Translations under genes and position numbers: made by a program
In this document: piece by piece, positions 1-11,644 of the stretch
Numbering within the stretch: position 1 is the first letter of the stretch
Layout: each line of letters begins with the position of its first letter
The notes under the pieces: generated by a model
Database searches by the model: none
What the model saw: the letters and a program-made list of their open reading frames with translations, nothing else
Told to the model about the DNA's origin: nothing
Assembly: GCA_964270895.1 (NCBI GenBank)
Contig: OZ185442.1
DNA from: Podarcis filfolensis
Lineage: Eukaryota
Length of the DNA stretch: 64,000 nt
Direction: 5' to 3' (one strand)

Positions 1-172
1 CAGTGGCAGAGCATCTGCTTTCCATGCAGAGGGTCCCATGTTCAATTCCCAGGTAGGGCTGGGAGAGCCCTCTGCCTGAAACCCTGGAGAGCTGCTGCCT
101 GTCAATTTAGACAGTGCTGAGATAGATGCACCAATGATCTGATTCAGTATAAGGTGGCTTCCTAGGTATCTA
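1..172 (+). mobile_element. tRNA-Ala-headed SINE with CR1-like tail (5' end cut by the window edge)
   Basis: cagtggcagagcatctgctttccatgcagagggtcccatgttcaattccc is a decayed tRNA-Ala-like head, followed by a body and tail shared with the copies at 27478 and 36775. Confidence 0.75.
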
Positions 173-1380
173 TGTAAGAAATAAAGCAGTCATTTATTTT
201 CTTCTTTCATTATCTCCCAATCTTTTCAAACAGATAGGATTGCACTCTTTCTTTCCTCTCTCTGCTTTGCCCCTCTGTGTGTTCCTTTCAACTGTTGCTT
301 TGTCTCCCATATACGCTCTGTGTTCCTCAGTAAGAAGGCATTAAACACTCTAAATATGAGGCAGCCCAGATTGTGGGGTGGCGGGGCAGAAGCAGATGGG
401 GAAGGAGGTAGAGTGTGCCAGGCTCTTTTTTTACCCATGAATAAATTCTTTCTTGCACTCACATTGGAGATCCCGAATGAAATGAAAGCTTTTAGCATCA
501 AATGATGCTTCAGGGAGCAGCCTTTCAACTGGGGGCGGGGGAACCACTGGAGTTCTTTTAAAGGGTCTTCTTCTCCAGCTGAAAGAGTGATGGGGGTGGA
601 GGGAAGTCTGCATGAGCCCATTAACCTTAGTCGCAGCTCAGTGCATGCTGTCTTCCTCGCATGCCTGTCACCGTGTTCTCCCAAGAGAGATGGCATAGCC
701 TGTTTCAATCTAAAGCTGCCTTCTGTGGATGGGGAAAAAAGATGGCCAGAAAAAAAAGATCTGAAAACCTTAAAGTGCTTTATGAATAAATGGTTAATTA
801 GCTACTAGTCCAAGGTGAAGCAGGCAGGCCCAAATCTGGCACTTAAAATAAATTATGTAAATGTGAATGTACATTTACATCATTAGTTCTGGTTGCGATA
901 GTCCCCCCTTCCCCCCTCCTGTTTTTCTCCAGCTAGTATAAAAAAGAGGCTTTCAAAAAAGAAGCCAGTTTGCCTTCTCTTCTATCTTTGTTTTATTGCT
1001 CCTTTCATTTTCAGCTTCTTTAAGCCTATCACTGGTACTTAGATCAGAATCTTATCCTGCAAACCAAAGCATCCTTAATTGGAAGCAAGTCCCATTGAAT
1101 TCCCTGGAGATTTAATATCTGCACGAACATGCTTAGGCCTTGGCTCTGTAGGAACATGAAGCAGAACCTTGTATAACAATGGTTTTTTGTGGTTTTTCAG
1201 ATATTGGAAACAAGGCTTTTGATTTAAATAACTGTTTTTCAAGGTTCGGGGGGATACTGTGTTGCCAGTGTGTTGATTACCTGACAAAGCCTGCAGTTTG
1301 AATATTATTCAGAAAAAGCAGTAGTCCATCCATGGCCCTCATTGTACCCTCATATATGCCATCCTCTGGATACCTTAACG

Positions 1381-1531
1381 CAGTGCTTTTTTTCTGGGGG
1401 TATGCAGGCGTACGCATACCCCTAAACATATTGTGAATCTAAGTTTGGCCTCATTGAGGGGCAGTATTTCAATATGAGTAGAGTAGGAGAATGAGAGTAC
1501 CCCTAAACTTTTTTATAGAAAAAAAGCACTG
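1381..1531. mobile_element. hAT-type MITE, 151 bp
   Basis: Perfect 15-bp TIR CAGTGCTTTTTTTCT/AGAAAAAAAGCACTG; 8-bp TSD ccttaacg/ccttagct (6/8). Confidence 0.8.
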
Positions 1532-2592
1532 CCTTAGCTACCTTTTGGATGGCCTCTGTGGGCTGAGTGAGATGGGTTTTGTGCAACTAGATATGTGTGC
1601 GAGAGCCCATCTGTGGAAATGTGTCGCTACCGAAGCTGATCTGCAACTTATTTTGGAGGTGCAAAAGAGAATTCTGTGCATTGGTTCTGATAGCTAAAAT
1701 GGAATTTCCAAATTCAAGTTCAATATTTTTGCCATAAACAAGTAAGCAAGACACAGAATAATGGCAGACCGTAGCCCATGTTACCACTCAGCTATTGACT
1801 ACCAGCCTGTTCACCTAATTATAAAAAGCCATTTTGGCCTCTTCATTCATCTAGGTAGAGGGCACCTTAGTTCATGTTCTTAGAAACAGTGGTTTGTGGG
1901 AGCCCCTAGGCATTGTGGGGAGAGCGAAGTAACAGGTTCTTGTTCTTGCAAGGATTGTAGCAGCTTGGCTTGCTCTACACTGCCCTCTACTGCCAACCTT
2001 CAGTTCAACTACATTCCTGAAGCGTAGGAAGATTCCTTATACAGACTCACACTTTTGGTCTATATGGCATAGTATTTTCTATATTAAGTTCTGGAGATCT
2101 GCTGCCAGGCAGGCAGGAATCTTGCCAGTCTCCAACTGGAGATTCTAGGGATCAAATCTGGAACTTTATGGATGCAAAGCATGTGCTGTACCACTGAGTC
2201 CCAAATGCTGAACCATTTTGGGAGAACTGGAGTTTTAGGGAACCCAAACAAAGCTCCTTAATTTTATTTTAGCTTAAAAAGAAAATTTAGTCTCCCCCAA
2301 TCCAAAGAGGTTTGTTGGAAATAATAAATAAATAATAAATCCGTGATAAGTAAATTACTGATAGTAAGGGGGCAGAATCAACATTTTTATACCAAAACAT
2401 TGATCCTCCAGATGTTGTTGCACCATGCTTCCACTATCACTTGTCATTGGCTGTGCTGGCTGGATTTGTTAAGAGTTGGAATCCAACAATATGTGAAATG
2501 CCACATTCTTCTGGATGATGCTTGGGCTTGGGAAAGGTCAGGAAGGCAGGATGCAACCAGCAAGTGGCTTCTTAGTATTCTAGTTTATTGCA

Positions 2593-2790
2593 TTAGAAGA
2601 GTCCTGCTGGATTAGACAGGCCACCACCATCGTGTCGTACACAGCCACCAATCTGATGCTTCTGGAAAGCCCACAAGTAGGGCATGAAGGCAGCAGCTCT
2701 CCACTGCCATTTGCTGTCCAGAAACTGGTGTTCATTTGTATTCTGCCTCTGAACATAAAGGTTCAATTTAGCTGTCAGGGCTAATAGACC
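2593..2790 (-). mobile_element. CR1 LINE 3' end remnant
   Basis: Reverse complement of the CR1-type tail seen intact at 58369-58732; ends approximate. Confidence 0.6.
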
Positions 2791-4122
2791 TATGTGTGGC
2801 TGTCCTCCCATCGGTTAGTATGAACACAGAAAGCGTATGCTTCAGAGGGTATGTTCGATTTGATCCAAGAAAATGTTGCATGTTATAGCTGAGAAGTGCT
2901 CTTCTCGTGTAATGCATGTAAGGTTCTTTTCCGTTTAGGAACTGAAAAACTAGCAACTTGCAAAAGGGTAGTTCACTAGCTCCTGCCATTCCTGAACACT
3001 CTGGAAGCAGATAGCAGCTGTTCCCTCACTTTCTCAACACACCCATAACAGAAATACTAACAAACATTTTGTTTCTAGTCTGGGAGCTACGAAGGTCTGG
3101 CACACCGAGTCTTGTTCCACATCCTACCAAATGCCAAAATACAGATTGGGTCATACGTAATCACTCAGGAATTTCTGTCCTGAACTTGGCTAATCTCAAC
3201 ATCCGCTGGGGAACAGGAATTCCAAGTGTTTAGCACCTGTCTCTATACAGAAGTGCTGCACGTGCTACCATGAAGCTGGCAATACCTGTCTGACTGGTAT
3301 GTTGTCACCCAGTCATCTGCATCAGACAGACAGGTCAAATTTGGGGTGTTGAGGGCACGTTGTTGGAAAGGATCATTGGTTGTGATGGGAGGCCAAATGG
3401 ATCTCTCTGTGTGTTGGTATTTCACAAGGGGCTTTGGGAGTGAATTTGTTGTGGCCAATGAGGTGTCTGGTGATACACACTGTTTGGGTGGCTTTGTAGA
3501 GCAGAATCAGGGTCTCCTTGATCCACACTGAAAGGACTGAACTCTACTTGGGAGCTGGAGGAAGAAAGCTGGGCTAACACAGGCTGCAGACGAAATGAGG
3601 GTACAAGAACTTAAGGCACCTTAAAAAACAACAACCACCACCACCACCTTTCCAGTTTCGTATTTGGCTATTTAAAGGGAAGGCGCACAGAAGCAGGAAG
3701 TGGGATGGACTTTGCTGAATCACAGTGGAATATTCTATCATTGGGGCTGGATTCAAGGAAGAGAGGGAACGCCTTTCCTTTTTTTGCTGAAATCTGATGA
3801 ATGGAGGAAATCTCGTACTGGATACATTGAGCAGGCAAGGTCCAGGCTATGCTTTCCAGAGATCTGGCAGGTGGCGAGGGGCTCCTGGTTTCCATCTCCA
3901 TGTACTTCTCTGGCACTCCTCCTTTGTAACCAGATATGTTCACCAAAAAGTCAACGAAAGGGGGCTAGTTATCGGGACAGATTAGTTAGGTGGTATTTAA
4001 GTGCATCCCTTATAGAGCTCAACTCTGATAGTATCTGCAGGCTTTTATTTCCAAAGGAAGAGGTGTCGTTTCTACTTTGTTCTAATAAACTCTGGTGTGA
4101 CATGAGAATTGTTTTGCACTGA

Positions 4123-4248
4123 ATGACCCGGAAAAACTATCTGCAGACAAATGCCGGCTCCCTCGGCCTGTAAAGCAAGATGAGCACCGCAACCCCATAG
4201 TCGTCTGCAACTGGACTTAACTGTCAGGGGTCCTTTACCTTTACCTTT
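4123..4248 (+). mobile_element. Sauria SINE 3' fragment
   Basis: atgacccggaa...gccggctccctcggcc...gtcaggggtcctttacctttaccttt is the Sauria SINE 3' half with its (ACCTTT)n tail; homologous to the copy at 46484. Confidence 0.85.
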
Positions 4249-4260
4249 TATGGTGTAGCC

Positions 4261-4560
4261 CAGGGGTCAGCAAGGTTTATCTTGCCTGGGCCGGATCGGT
4301 CCTGCATAGATCCCTCCGTGGGCCAGATCATGCGTGCGCACCTGTGATTTTCGGCATCTGCGCGTGCACAGACGTGATTTTCGGTGTCTGTGTCTACGCA
4401 GACATGATTTCCGGCGCTGCGGAAGCGAGTCTCCATGCTGCACTGTGCTGGTTTAGCGCAGCACACAAGCGGGCAGCTCGGTTTGGGGGTGGCTCGTGGG
4501 CCAGTCAAATGATCTCTGCGGGCCGCTTCCGGCCCATGGGCCTTAGGTTGCTGACCCCTG
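4261..4560. mobile_element. hAT (Charlie/Buster-type) MITE, 300 bp, with internal 30-bp tandem repeat
   Basis: Perfect 13-bp TIR CAGGGGTCAGCAA/TTGCTGACCCCTG; TSD gtgtagcc/gtgtaacc. Confidence 0.9.
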
Positions 4561-5005
4561 GTGTAACCCATACTTTCGCCAACCTAATTCCCTCCAGAGG
4601 TTTTGACCATTAGCCATGCTGGCTGGTTCTGATGGGAACTGGGAGTCCAGCAATGTCTGGAGGGTGCCAGGCTGAGGGTATCTGGTCCAGCCTAATTAAA
4701 TCTTCATCTTATTTATTTGCCTACCTCCTCCACTTCACCTCAAACTGCCAGTTCTGCCTTTTTCATCACACCTCAAAACAATGTTTCCTTCCCCGCCCTC
4801 TTTTTTTCATTCTTGCATCCAACCTGAATAATTCTTTATACTATATGTGACCAATGATGGATAGGAGGATGGAATGTGGGTATCTTATAAATATAAGAAT
4901 AAAAGTTCTAGTGAGCTCAAAAACATGCTGTTTGTAAGTTTTACTTATACCTAGCTGTTGTCGTTATGCAATCACCACCCTACAGATGGCGCCATGAGTG
5001 AATAA

Positions 5006-5009
<4 letters not shown>

Positions 5010-5050
<41 letters not shown>
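5010..5050. repeat. (GA)20 microsatellite
   Basis: Directly visible. Confidence 0.98.
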
Positions 5051-5052
<2 letters not shown>

Positions 5053-7135
5053 TAGAGGGGACTCCTTCAAAGAACTCAAAGGAGCCTGTTTTGAGTTTAA
5101 CTGTGCTACTTCCGGACAACAGTGAGCTCTCTGAGGGGCTTTCCACCTTGCAAGATTATTTCCTTGGGAAAGGCTACTTTTGATTAAATCTGAACTCACA
5201 CAGAAAAGGTGTAGGCAACTGGTCAGGCTTGGCTTTCTCTCCGCAGGATTCAAGACTTAAAGGTTTGTGCATGGTTTGTGGAGGTGTGCCAGCTCATCTG
5301 GAAACTTGGGGCATGGGTAGACATTTGCGTATCCAAGGTGATATGTGGAGGGAGAAACCCTGCTGGCTTAGCATGCTAGAGGCAACTGTGCTTTAGCTGG
5401 ATTTCAAATGGGTTTTGCATGCTGCTAGCTGTGGAAAAGCTGCACTAGGGATGTTTGTGGCACTTTGTAGCACCAGAATATATTTCCAGCCCCTGGAGGC
5501 AGAGGGACACTAGGTTGATTGCTATGTGCTGCATACAAGCAGAAGGCCTGTTAGTAAAGGTAGCCATTTAATTAGCTATTTCATACCATAGTGCAGGAAG
5601 GCAGCCAGGGAGAGAACTTTCCTTTTACAGGATGACAAAAGCTTTTACTTGAAAGGATTTGGGTGTTGCCTTTGTGTTCTGGGTAAGGTTTAGTGGTACC
5701 CCATTGTTGTCTTCTGACATCTTCCCATAATAGCTGTGCTAAGAGACCAGCTCTCCCCTTTCTTCATTATAACCTGCCCAGATTGTTAAGGCCAACCAAC
5801 AGCACTGTTATTCAAAATTACATTTCTTTGTATCACAGACCTAATTCTCTGCCATAAGGTAGAATGTGGAAATGAAGGTGTGTGTATGAGATGCAGGGAA
5901 GGAGCTGAGCTCAGGCAAACAGGCACTGTGTGTCCCTTCAGGTCTGACCCATAGTCATGTCTTGGGTGCATCACTAAGTGACATTTCCAACAAAGCCTGG
6001 GGCTTCGCAGCTTTGCTTGACCATAAGGAAACAGAACTGGTGGTTTAATTTGCAAAGAGGAAGGTGTGGAGATTCATATCTGGCTGGGACCTGTCCCTTT
6101 TTACATGGACAACTTGCTGCACGATCAGAGTTATGGGGTGTATGCTATGAAGAGCACAATCACTGTATTCAGGGCAATCTAGCCATGCTCAGAGATTCAT
6201 TTATTAAAAAGATATGGGGGATTGGTCTTCAGTTGGTGGGCTGCATGAGTGGGCTGTGGTTTGGCGGTGACTGACTGGGGCTTTTTCTTACAGAAGGAAA
6301 GAGAGGTAAAGGGGGTGACCAGATGCTAAGGAGGCAGGGTTCCTTTATCTTCAATAGCTGTGTAGAGGGGGGAAATGGTTAGGTGTGGTTTTCTCACTCC
6401 TACATGACAAGCTGTCTCTGTAAACACTCCGCCTCTTATGTAGCTATTTAAACAGCCTTGTAAATAAGCCCACAAAAGTTACTAGCATGCAGTGTTTTTT
6501 ACTAACCTGCTAAGGAAATTAGTAGCTTGTTGTTTCCATGATGACCACAGAGGAGAGGAAGCTTCTCAACAGGCTTGTTAAAGAAAGTGCCTTCTGCTAT
6601 ACAGGCTGGTGGAGGAGAGACAGACTTGGTTTCCATGCTGGCTTCAGAGGAAGCAAAGTGGAGGCTGGTGGGAGGAGGAATGGAGAGATCCACCCCTCTT
6701 TGCCAGCCCACTCACTCCCTTTGTGTGGAATCTCTGGTTGCCATGGGCGATCCAGTGAGTTATTAAATACAGTGCTGTAGATCTGTAAATTCCTTTGCAT
6801 CTGGTCACTCTAAAGTGGTGGGTGGGATGGGCAGAGCAAAGAACAGGTTAGTTGCGGGGGGACACAAAGTCTCACCTCTAGGATGGCACCTTCTCGAATG
6901 CCAGGCTAATTGGAGAACTCTCTGCTCTGGCAAGGGAGAGAGGTGATAGGAGGCGTTAAGAGTTACTGTTGTCTTTTACAAATATATATAGATGAAGTGG
7001 GATATGTCAGCTGATCCTAATAAACTGGGTAGTGTGCAATGGGTAGTATTACTGGTGTGTGTGCCTGTGTGTGTAAAAGAGAGAGAAAAATCCACATAGC
7101 TGCATGCGTTTCTGGACTCACCTTGGGGTCATATA

Positions 7136-7530
7136 AAGGAACATCAAAAGCTGCCTTATACAGTGGTACCTCAGGTTAAGTACTTAATTCGTTCCGGAGG
7201 TCCATTCTTAACCTGAAACTGTTCTTAACCTGAAGCACCACTTTAGCTAATGGGGCCTCCTGCTGCTGCCGCGCCGCCGGAGCCCGATTTCTGTTCTTAT
7301 CCTGAAGCAAAGTTCTTAACCTGAAGCACTATTTCTGGGTTAGCAGAGTGTGTAACCTGAAGTGTATGTAAACCGAGGTACCACTGTACTTGAGTCATAT
7401 CATTGGTTCGTCTTGCTCAACATACATGGATTGGTGATGACAGTCCTTTAGATGTTCAGGCAGGAGTTTTTGCCAGCCCTACCTGGACTGAATTTGGAAC
7501 CTTCTGCATGCAAAGCAGATGCTCTACTGC
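7136..7530 (-). mobile_element. tRNA-Ala-headed SINE interrupted by a Tigger-like MITE
   Basis: The flanks of the MITE rejoin as ...aagctgcctta-TA-cttgagtc..., the reverse complement of the SINE tail; the head ccttctgcatgcaaagcagatgctctac is at about 7498-7528. Confidence 0.75.
7161..7386. mobile_element. Tc1/mariner (Tigger-like) MITE, 226 bp
   Basis: TIR CAGTGGTACCTC/GAGGTACCACTG with TA on both sides; internal ttcttaacctgaa sub-repeats. Confidence 0.9.
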
Positions 7531-9755
7531 GTGGGGGGCTGGGTTTTGTCATAAGTTCTATAGCATTTACTACTATATATGCTAAGAAAAATTTGAAGTG
7601 GACCTCATGTTGAAGCTTTGGGTTCTGAAAGAATGAAGGCTTCTGTTCTTGTTCCAGGGCTGTGATATTTTGGCTAAGAGAAAAACAGCCCAGCTGTTGA
7701 CATTCTTGGAAGTTCTTAGACAGTCTTCTCTGTCTTCCTGATGTGTCTTCTTTCTTCCCCACCTCCTCCAGAGGCAGGGCTTCCTTCTCTTGCCTCTCCG
7801 TGGCTGTGTGGCTTTGACTCACCCTGGGAGCAGCAGGAACTGCAGTGATGTCAGGCTGCGAGGAGGGAAGTGTGGGAGGAGACACACTGCCCTGTTTGGC
7901 TGGCTGGCTGGCTGGGAGCTCTTGTCCCTGCCACATTTCATGGGATAAGGATGAGAGCAAGCAACACTAGTACTCAAGGCCCTGCTCCAGTCTTCAGTGT
8001 GGGTGATGCATTAGCCCCAGCTTCAAGATGAAAGGGAAATACAAAGGTAATGGTCTCAGAATATGTCCTCTTTTCTTCCTGACTTCCAAACCGTTGTGGT
8101 GGGATCCCTAAAATGAAAATCTTGGGAAGGGGGTTCCAGGCTGAAGAATGTTGAACTGTAAGCCAGGAACTTCTCTGGTTAAATATCACCTCTGCCATGA
8201 AGTCTGGACATGGCCTCAAGCAAATTACAGCTTTTCAGCAACCCTCAAATGTGCAATATGATAAAACTGACTAGGCAGCTGGATAAGATTATTTTTTTAA
8301 GGATTGCTCCAGTAATGCATGTGAAGACCTTGTAAAACTTTTAAAGCACTACGTAAATACTAGACAAACTTTGAACCTGAGACAAGGCAGTAGGTGGGAT
8401 GTTTGCCTGCATGGCTCATTCTTAACTACGTAAATCCCAGTGGATAACAAGGAAGGAAAAGCTTGGAGAGGAGATAGGGACCACCCAGGTGAGCGAGTAG
8501 TGACTTTCTCTCTTCAGTGCACCGGGCTAAGTGAGTGCCAGGTCAAAAGCTTGTTTTCTGTGGCATATGAGTTAATAACTTTGTCTCTTGTTTAATGGCC
8601 TGTTGTTTAATTGTAGGATTGTAGTATTTTGGTACTGTTTGAATTTTGTTACTGTGGTTGGGGAAAAAAAGTTTTTGTTTAAAAGTTATAAATCAGTAAA
8701 CTAGAGGGGAATAGAGTTAGAGCTCTGGAGGAATTTCAGGGATGCCTCATTTCTGCTTTTTTGGATTTAGGGCACAAAGCGGCTCATTCTTGGCTGAATC
8801 TTGGGATGGAGATTCTAGTGTCTTGTAAGCTGCACATCCTGCACCCCAGTATTTGCTAGGGAGTGAGTCAGTAGGCCTGGGGCCACATAGCAGAGACAGT
8901 GGCAGTGAAACCTGGCTTTCAAGCTCCTGTTTTGTTTGTTTGTTCTTTTGTTTTGTAAGCAGATAAGACGTTCCTGGTGCTCACATGTGAGCCACATTCT
9001 CTTCCTCTTCCTTTGCTCAGTTATCCCTAATATATAGGTTGACCTGATCTGAAGTATTGTGGGAGTGCTGGTGATACTCACCAGGCCTCATTCCTGGTTT
9101 TGTTTTAAGTACTGGGCAGGATAGTTGGGAGGCTGCCAAAGGTGTTCACAAATAGGCAGTGATTGGTTGGAAGAGGTATGACTGGATACAGGCATGGTGA
9201 TGGTAGTGGTGGCAGGGTCAGAGAGGAAAGAGTTGGAGTAATGGTGTTTAATTTAGACTAAGGAAGAATAAGTTTGAATCCTTATTCAACCACAAGTCTT
9301 CATTATTTCTGGAGATGATGTTAATGCTATAAATGTCTTGTTTTAAACAACATAGCTTTCATTTGGTGGTAACAGAGAATAGGGGCTCCAGTGCCTTAAA
9401 TTCATTCATTTATTTACAGCATTTTTATCTTGCCTTTTGACTGGAAGGTCTCCAGGACAGCTTAAACAAAACATTTAAAAATAATATTAGTAATAAAATT
9501 GAACGCTGAAATGACCATGGAGCAAGTGTTAATAAAACTGACACACCACAATTAATCATTCAAACAGCTGTGCCACACGTTCTAACAGCACTGTGTAGGT
9601 GTAGGTATCGGCAGTAGGTTTTCAAACTCTTTAAGTGTGGGTTTCACTGACAATTACTCAGGCGTAGCAACATTTATTTGAGGAACAAGGAAAACAATTG
9701 ATCTTTGAGTCTTTGGTTTACTGCACATGCAGTTGTAACTAGAAGCTTCCTAAAC

Positions 9756-9895
9756 TAGGGGTGGAGAACTTGTTGCTCTCCTGATGTTGCTGAAATGCAG
9801 CAACTCCCATTATTCCTGACCTCTGGCCCTGCTGGCTGGGGCTGATGGGAGTTGAGATCCAACAATATCCGAAGGGTCACAGATCCCCAGCCTTG
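9756..9895. mobile_element. Short hAT MITE (about 135-140 bp family with internal inverted repeat)
   Basis: Perfect 8-bp TSD TCCTAAAC (9748-9755 and 9896-9903); decayed CAGGGGTGGGGAA-type ends. Related copies occur at about 4575-4680, 14545-14655, 24149-24276, 27916-28053, 29630-29720, 33103-33234, 34875-35010, 36579-36711, 40140-40281, 42627-42762, 52878-53009 and 60205-60330. Confidence 0.8.
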
Positions 9896-9945
9896 TCCTA
9901 AACCCAATCCCACCCAGCTAATCCCCGCTGGCCCATTCCCTTTTT

Positions 9946-10085
9946 CATAGAATTGTAGAGTTAGAAGAGACTACAAGGGTCATTTAGACCAGCCCCCTGC
10001 AATGCAGCAATCTTTTGCCGAATATGGGGCTCAGACACATGACCCTGAGATTAAGAGTCTCATGCTCTGCCGACTGAGCGATCTA
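9946..10085 (-). mobile_element. tRNA-Lys(CTT)-headed SINE with CR1-type tail
   Basis: The minus strand reads gctcagtcggcagagcatgagactCTTaatctcagggtc (tRNA-Lys head with a degenerate T-arm), then ...cttctaactctacaattctatg (CR1-like tail). Confidence 0.75.
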
Positions 10086-11236
10086 CTTTGCAGAGACTGT
10101 CAAATGACAGAATTCCACCTCCAATAACTGGTCATTTTATGCTCTCTTCATTCCTCACTCTTTACATTTCATTGTCCAAGCATTTTCCTGTCTTCAAAAC
10201 ACAGCCCTCCAAACATGGTTTGCTACACTACTGTATGCTGAGTGGGGAAGAGAATAATAATGAAAATTAACACAGTGCCTAAATGTTAGTAGCATTTGTC
10301 CCTGACTAATCCTTCTGAGGAGATGAACTCTCCAGCCAAGATACTATTGCAAAGGAAGTCCCTAGCCCCTGCTATTGCCCTCTCTTCCGAAGTTGGGGGC
10401 AATCAGAGTGTGGCATCCATAGGTGGGGCCAGGTTTGAGGGGGGGGGTTCTTATTTTAAGAATTTTTTATCCTACCCTTCATTGTTACCAGGCCCAAAGT
10501 GGATTACAAACACACAACATATAATACAGCCAATAAAATACACGAATTAAAATACCAGCTATCAAATTCATGCTAAGAGACTCTTGTAAAAATGCTACCT
10601 GGCCCCCCTCATCCCTAGTGGAGAAAATGATGCTGGATAGTAAACATTTGCTGATCTATAGCGGTCCCAGAAATCATTTTTTCTTGTCACAGAGTTTTGA
10701 CTATTTTTTTTCTTCCTTTTGTAAGTGTGCACATGGCCCTTGCTCTGCCCTTCTTTTGGTTTGCTTTCTGACCACAACCCCCACACTAGCTGAGCTCAAA
10801 CAGTGCTTTGGTTTCATCTCTTGCGCTTCCTGCGCCAGATGTTTGGCAGTGGCAAGCGCTGTGCTTCTTCTCGCTATAGGCAGTAGGGAAGCCTCCCTCG
10901 CAGCCTTCCCCGCATGGCAGCACGTCTGTCTTGCTGCGCTGCTCTCTTCCTTGTGTCTTAGGAGTTGATCGCTTTAAGGTTTCCACCCCGCCACACTCCC
11001 ACAGTTTTTTCCATTTTAAATTGCTACTTACTGATAATGAGAACCCAGAAATAAACACAGGCGGATGCCGTGCAGCTGGGGAGGCCTCGGCAGGGGCACT
11101 TTTGAACTGCTGACTGACTCTTTGGCAGGGAGGGCTGGTGCCAGTCTTGCCTGCAAGGGAGCCCTAGCCAGCTCTCCTGCTGTGGGGATGTGGTTCATTC
11201 CTGCCTCGCCAGTGCCTGTGTGAAGTCAGGTGGGCG

Positions 11237-11340
11237 TAAGAACATAAGAAGAGCCTTCTGGTTTATATCTAGATCCCTCTAATCCACTGTCCTCTTTCCC
11301 ACGGTGGCCAACCAGATGCCTCTGGGAAGTCCTCCATCAA
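11237..11340 (-). mobile_element. CR1 LINE 3' tail remnant
   Basis: taagaacataagaagagcc...ggtggccaaccagatgcc is the reverse complement of the CR1 tail. Confidence 0.7.
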
Positions 11341-11644
11341 TGGCCCTCCCCCACTGTTGCAACCACAGCGAACTACTGGCATTGAAGACCTCCTCCTCCT
11401 CCTCCATGGTTTTGTCTAATGCCCTTCTAAAACCCTCTGAACCAGTAGCCATCACCACAACTGGATTTCACAAGATTTATTATAGATCGCATGAGGAAGT
11501 GCAGTTTTCTGTCTATCTTGTATTTACAACTCTTACTGCATGTTGCAGTTTTAATTTTTAATTTTTATTTTTAAATGGTACTAATCAGCATGCATGATGT
11601 TGCGCAGAACGTAAGGGATAGATAGCATAGCCGCTGTGTGTGTT

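Noticed and set aside
226-708. 160-aa minus-strand ORF containing RVFNAF, reminiscent of the AGRP motif RFFNAF (AGRP is a syntenic neighbour in human)
   Set aside because: The CRFFNAFCYC cysteine framework is absent and there is no exon structure; treated as coincidence.
855-880. 10-bp perfect inverted repeat ATGTAAATGT/ACATTTACAT with a 6-nt spacer
   Set aside because: AT-rich and short; expected by chance in 64 kb.
7448-7960. 170-aa minus-strand ORF
   Set aside because: It is the antisense of a pyrimidine-rich intronic stretch, runs into a SINE, and has no recognisable domain.
8400-8495. Donor-like CAG|gtgagc at 8488 (also CAG|gtgggc at 11229) as possible RIPOR1 first exons
   Set aside because: No in-frame ATG, and no CpG or promoter context strong enough to support them without transcript data.
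9946-10085. tRNA-Lys(CTT)-like sequence (and tRNA-Ala-like heads at 1, 27478 and 36775) as tRNA genes
   Set aside because: The T-arm or acceptor stem is degenerate and each is fused to a LINE-type tail, so these are SINEs, not tRNA genes.
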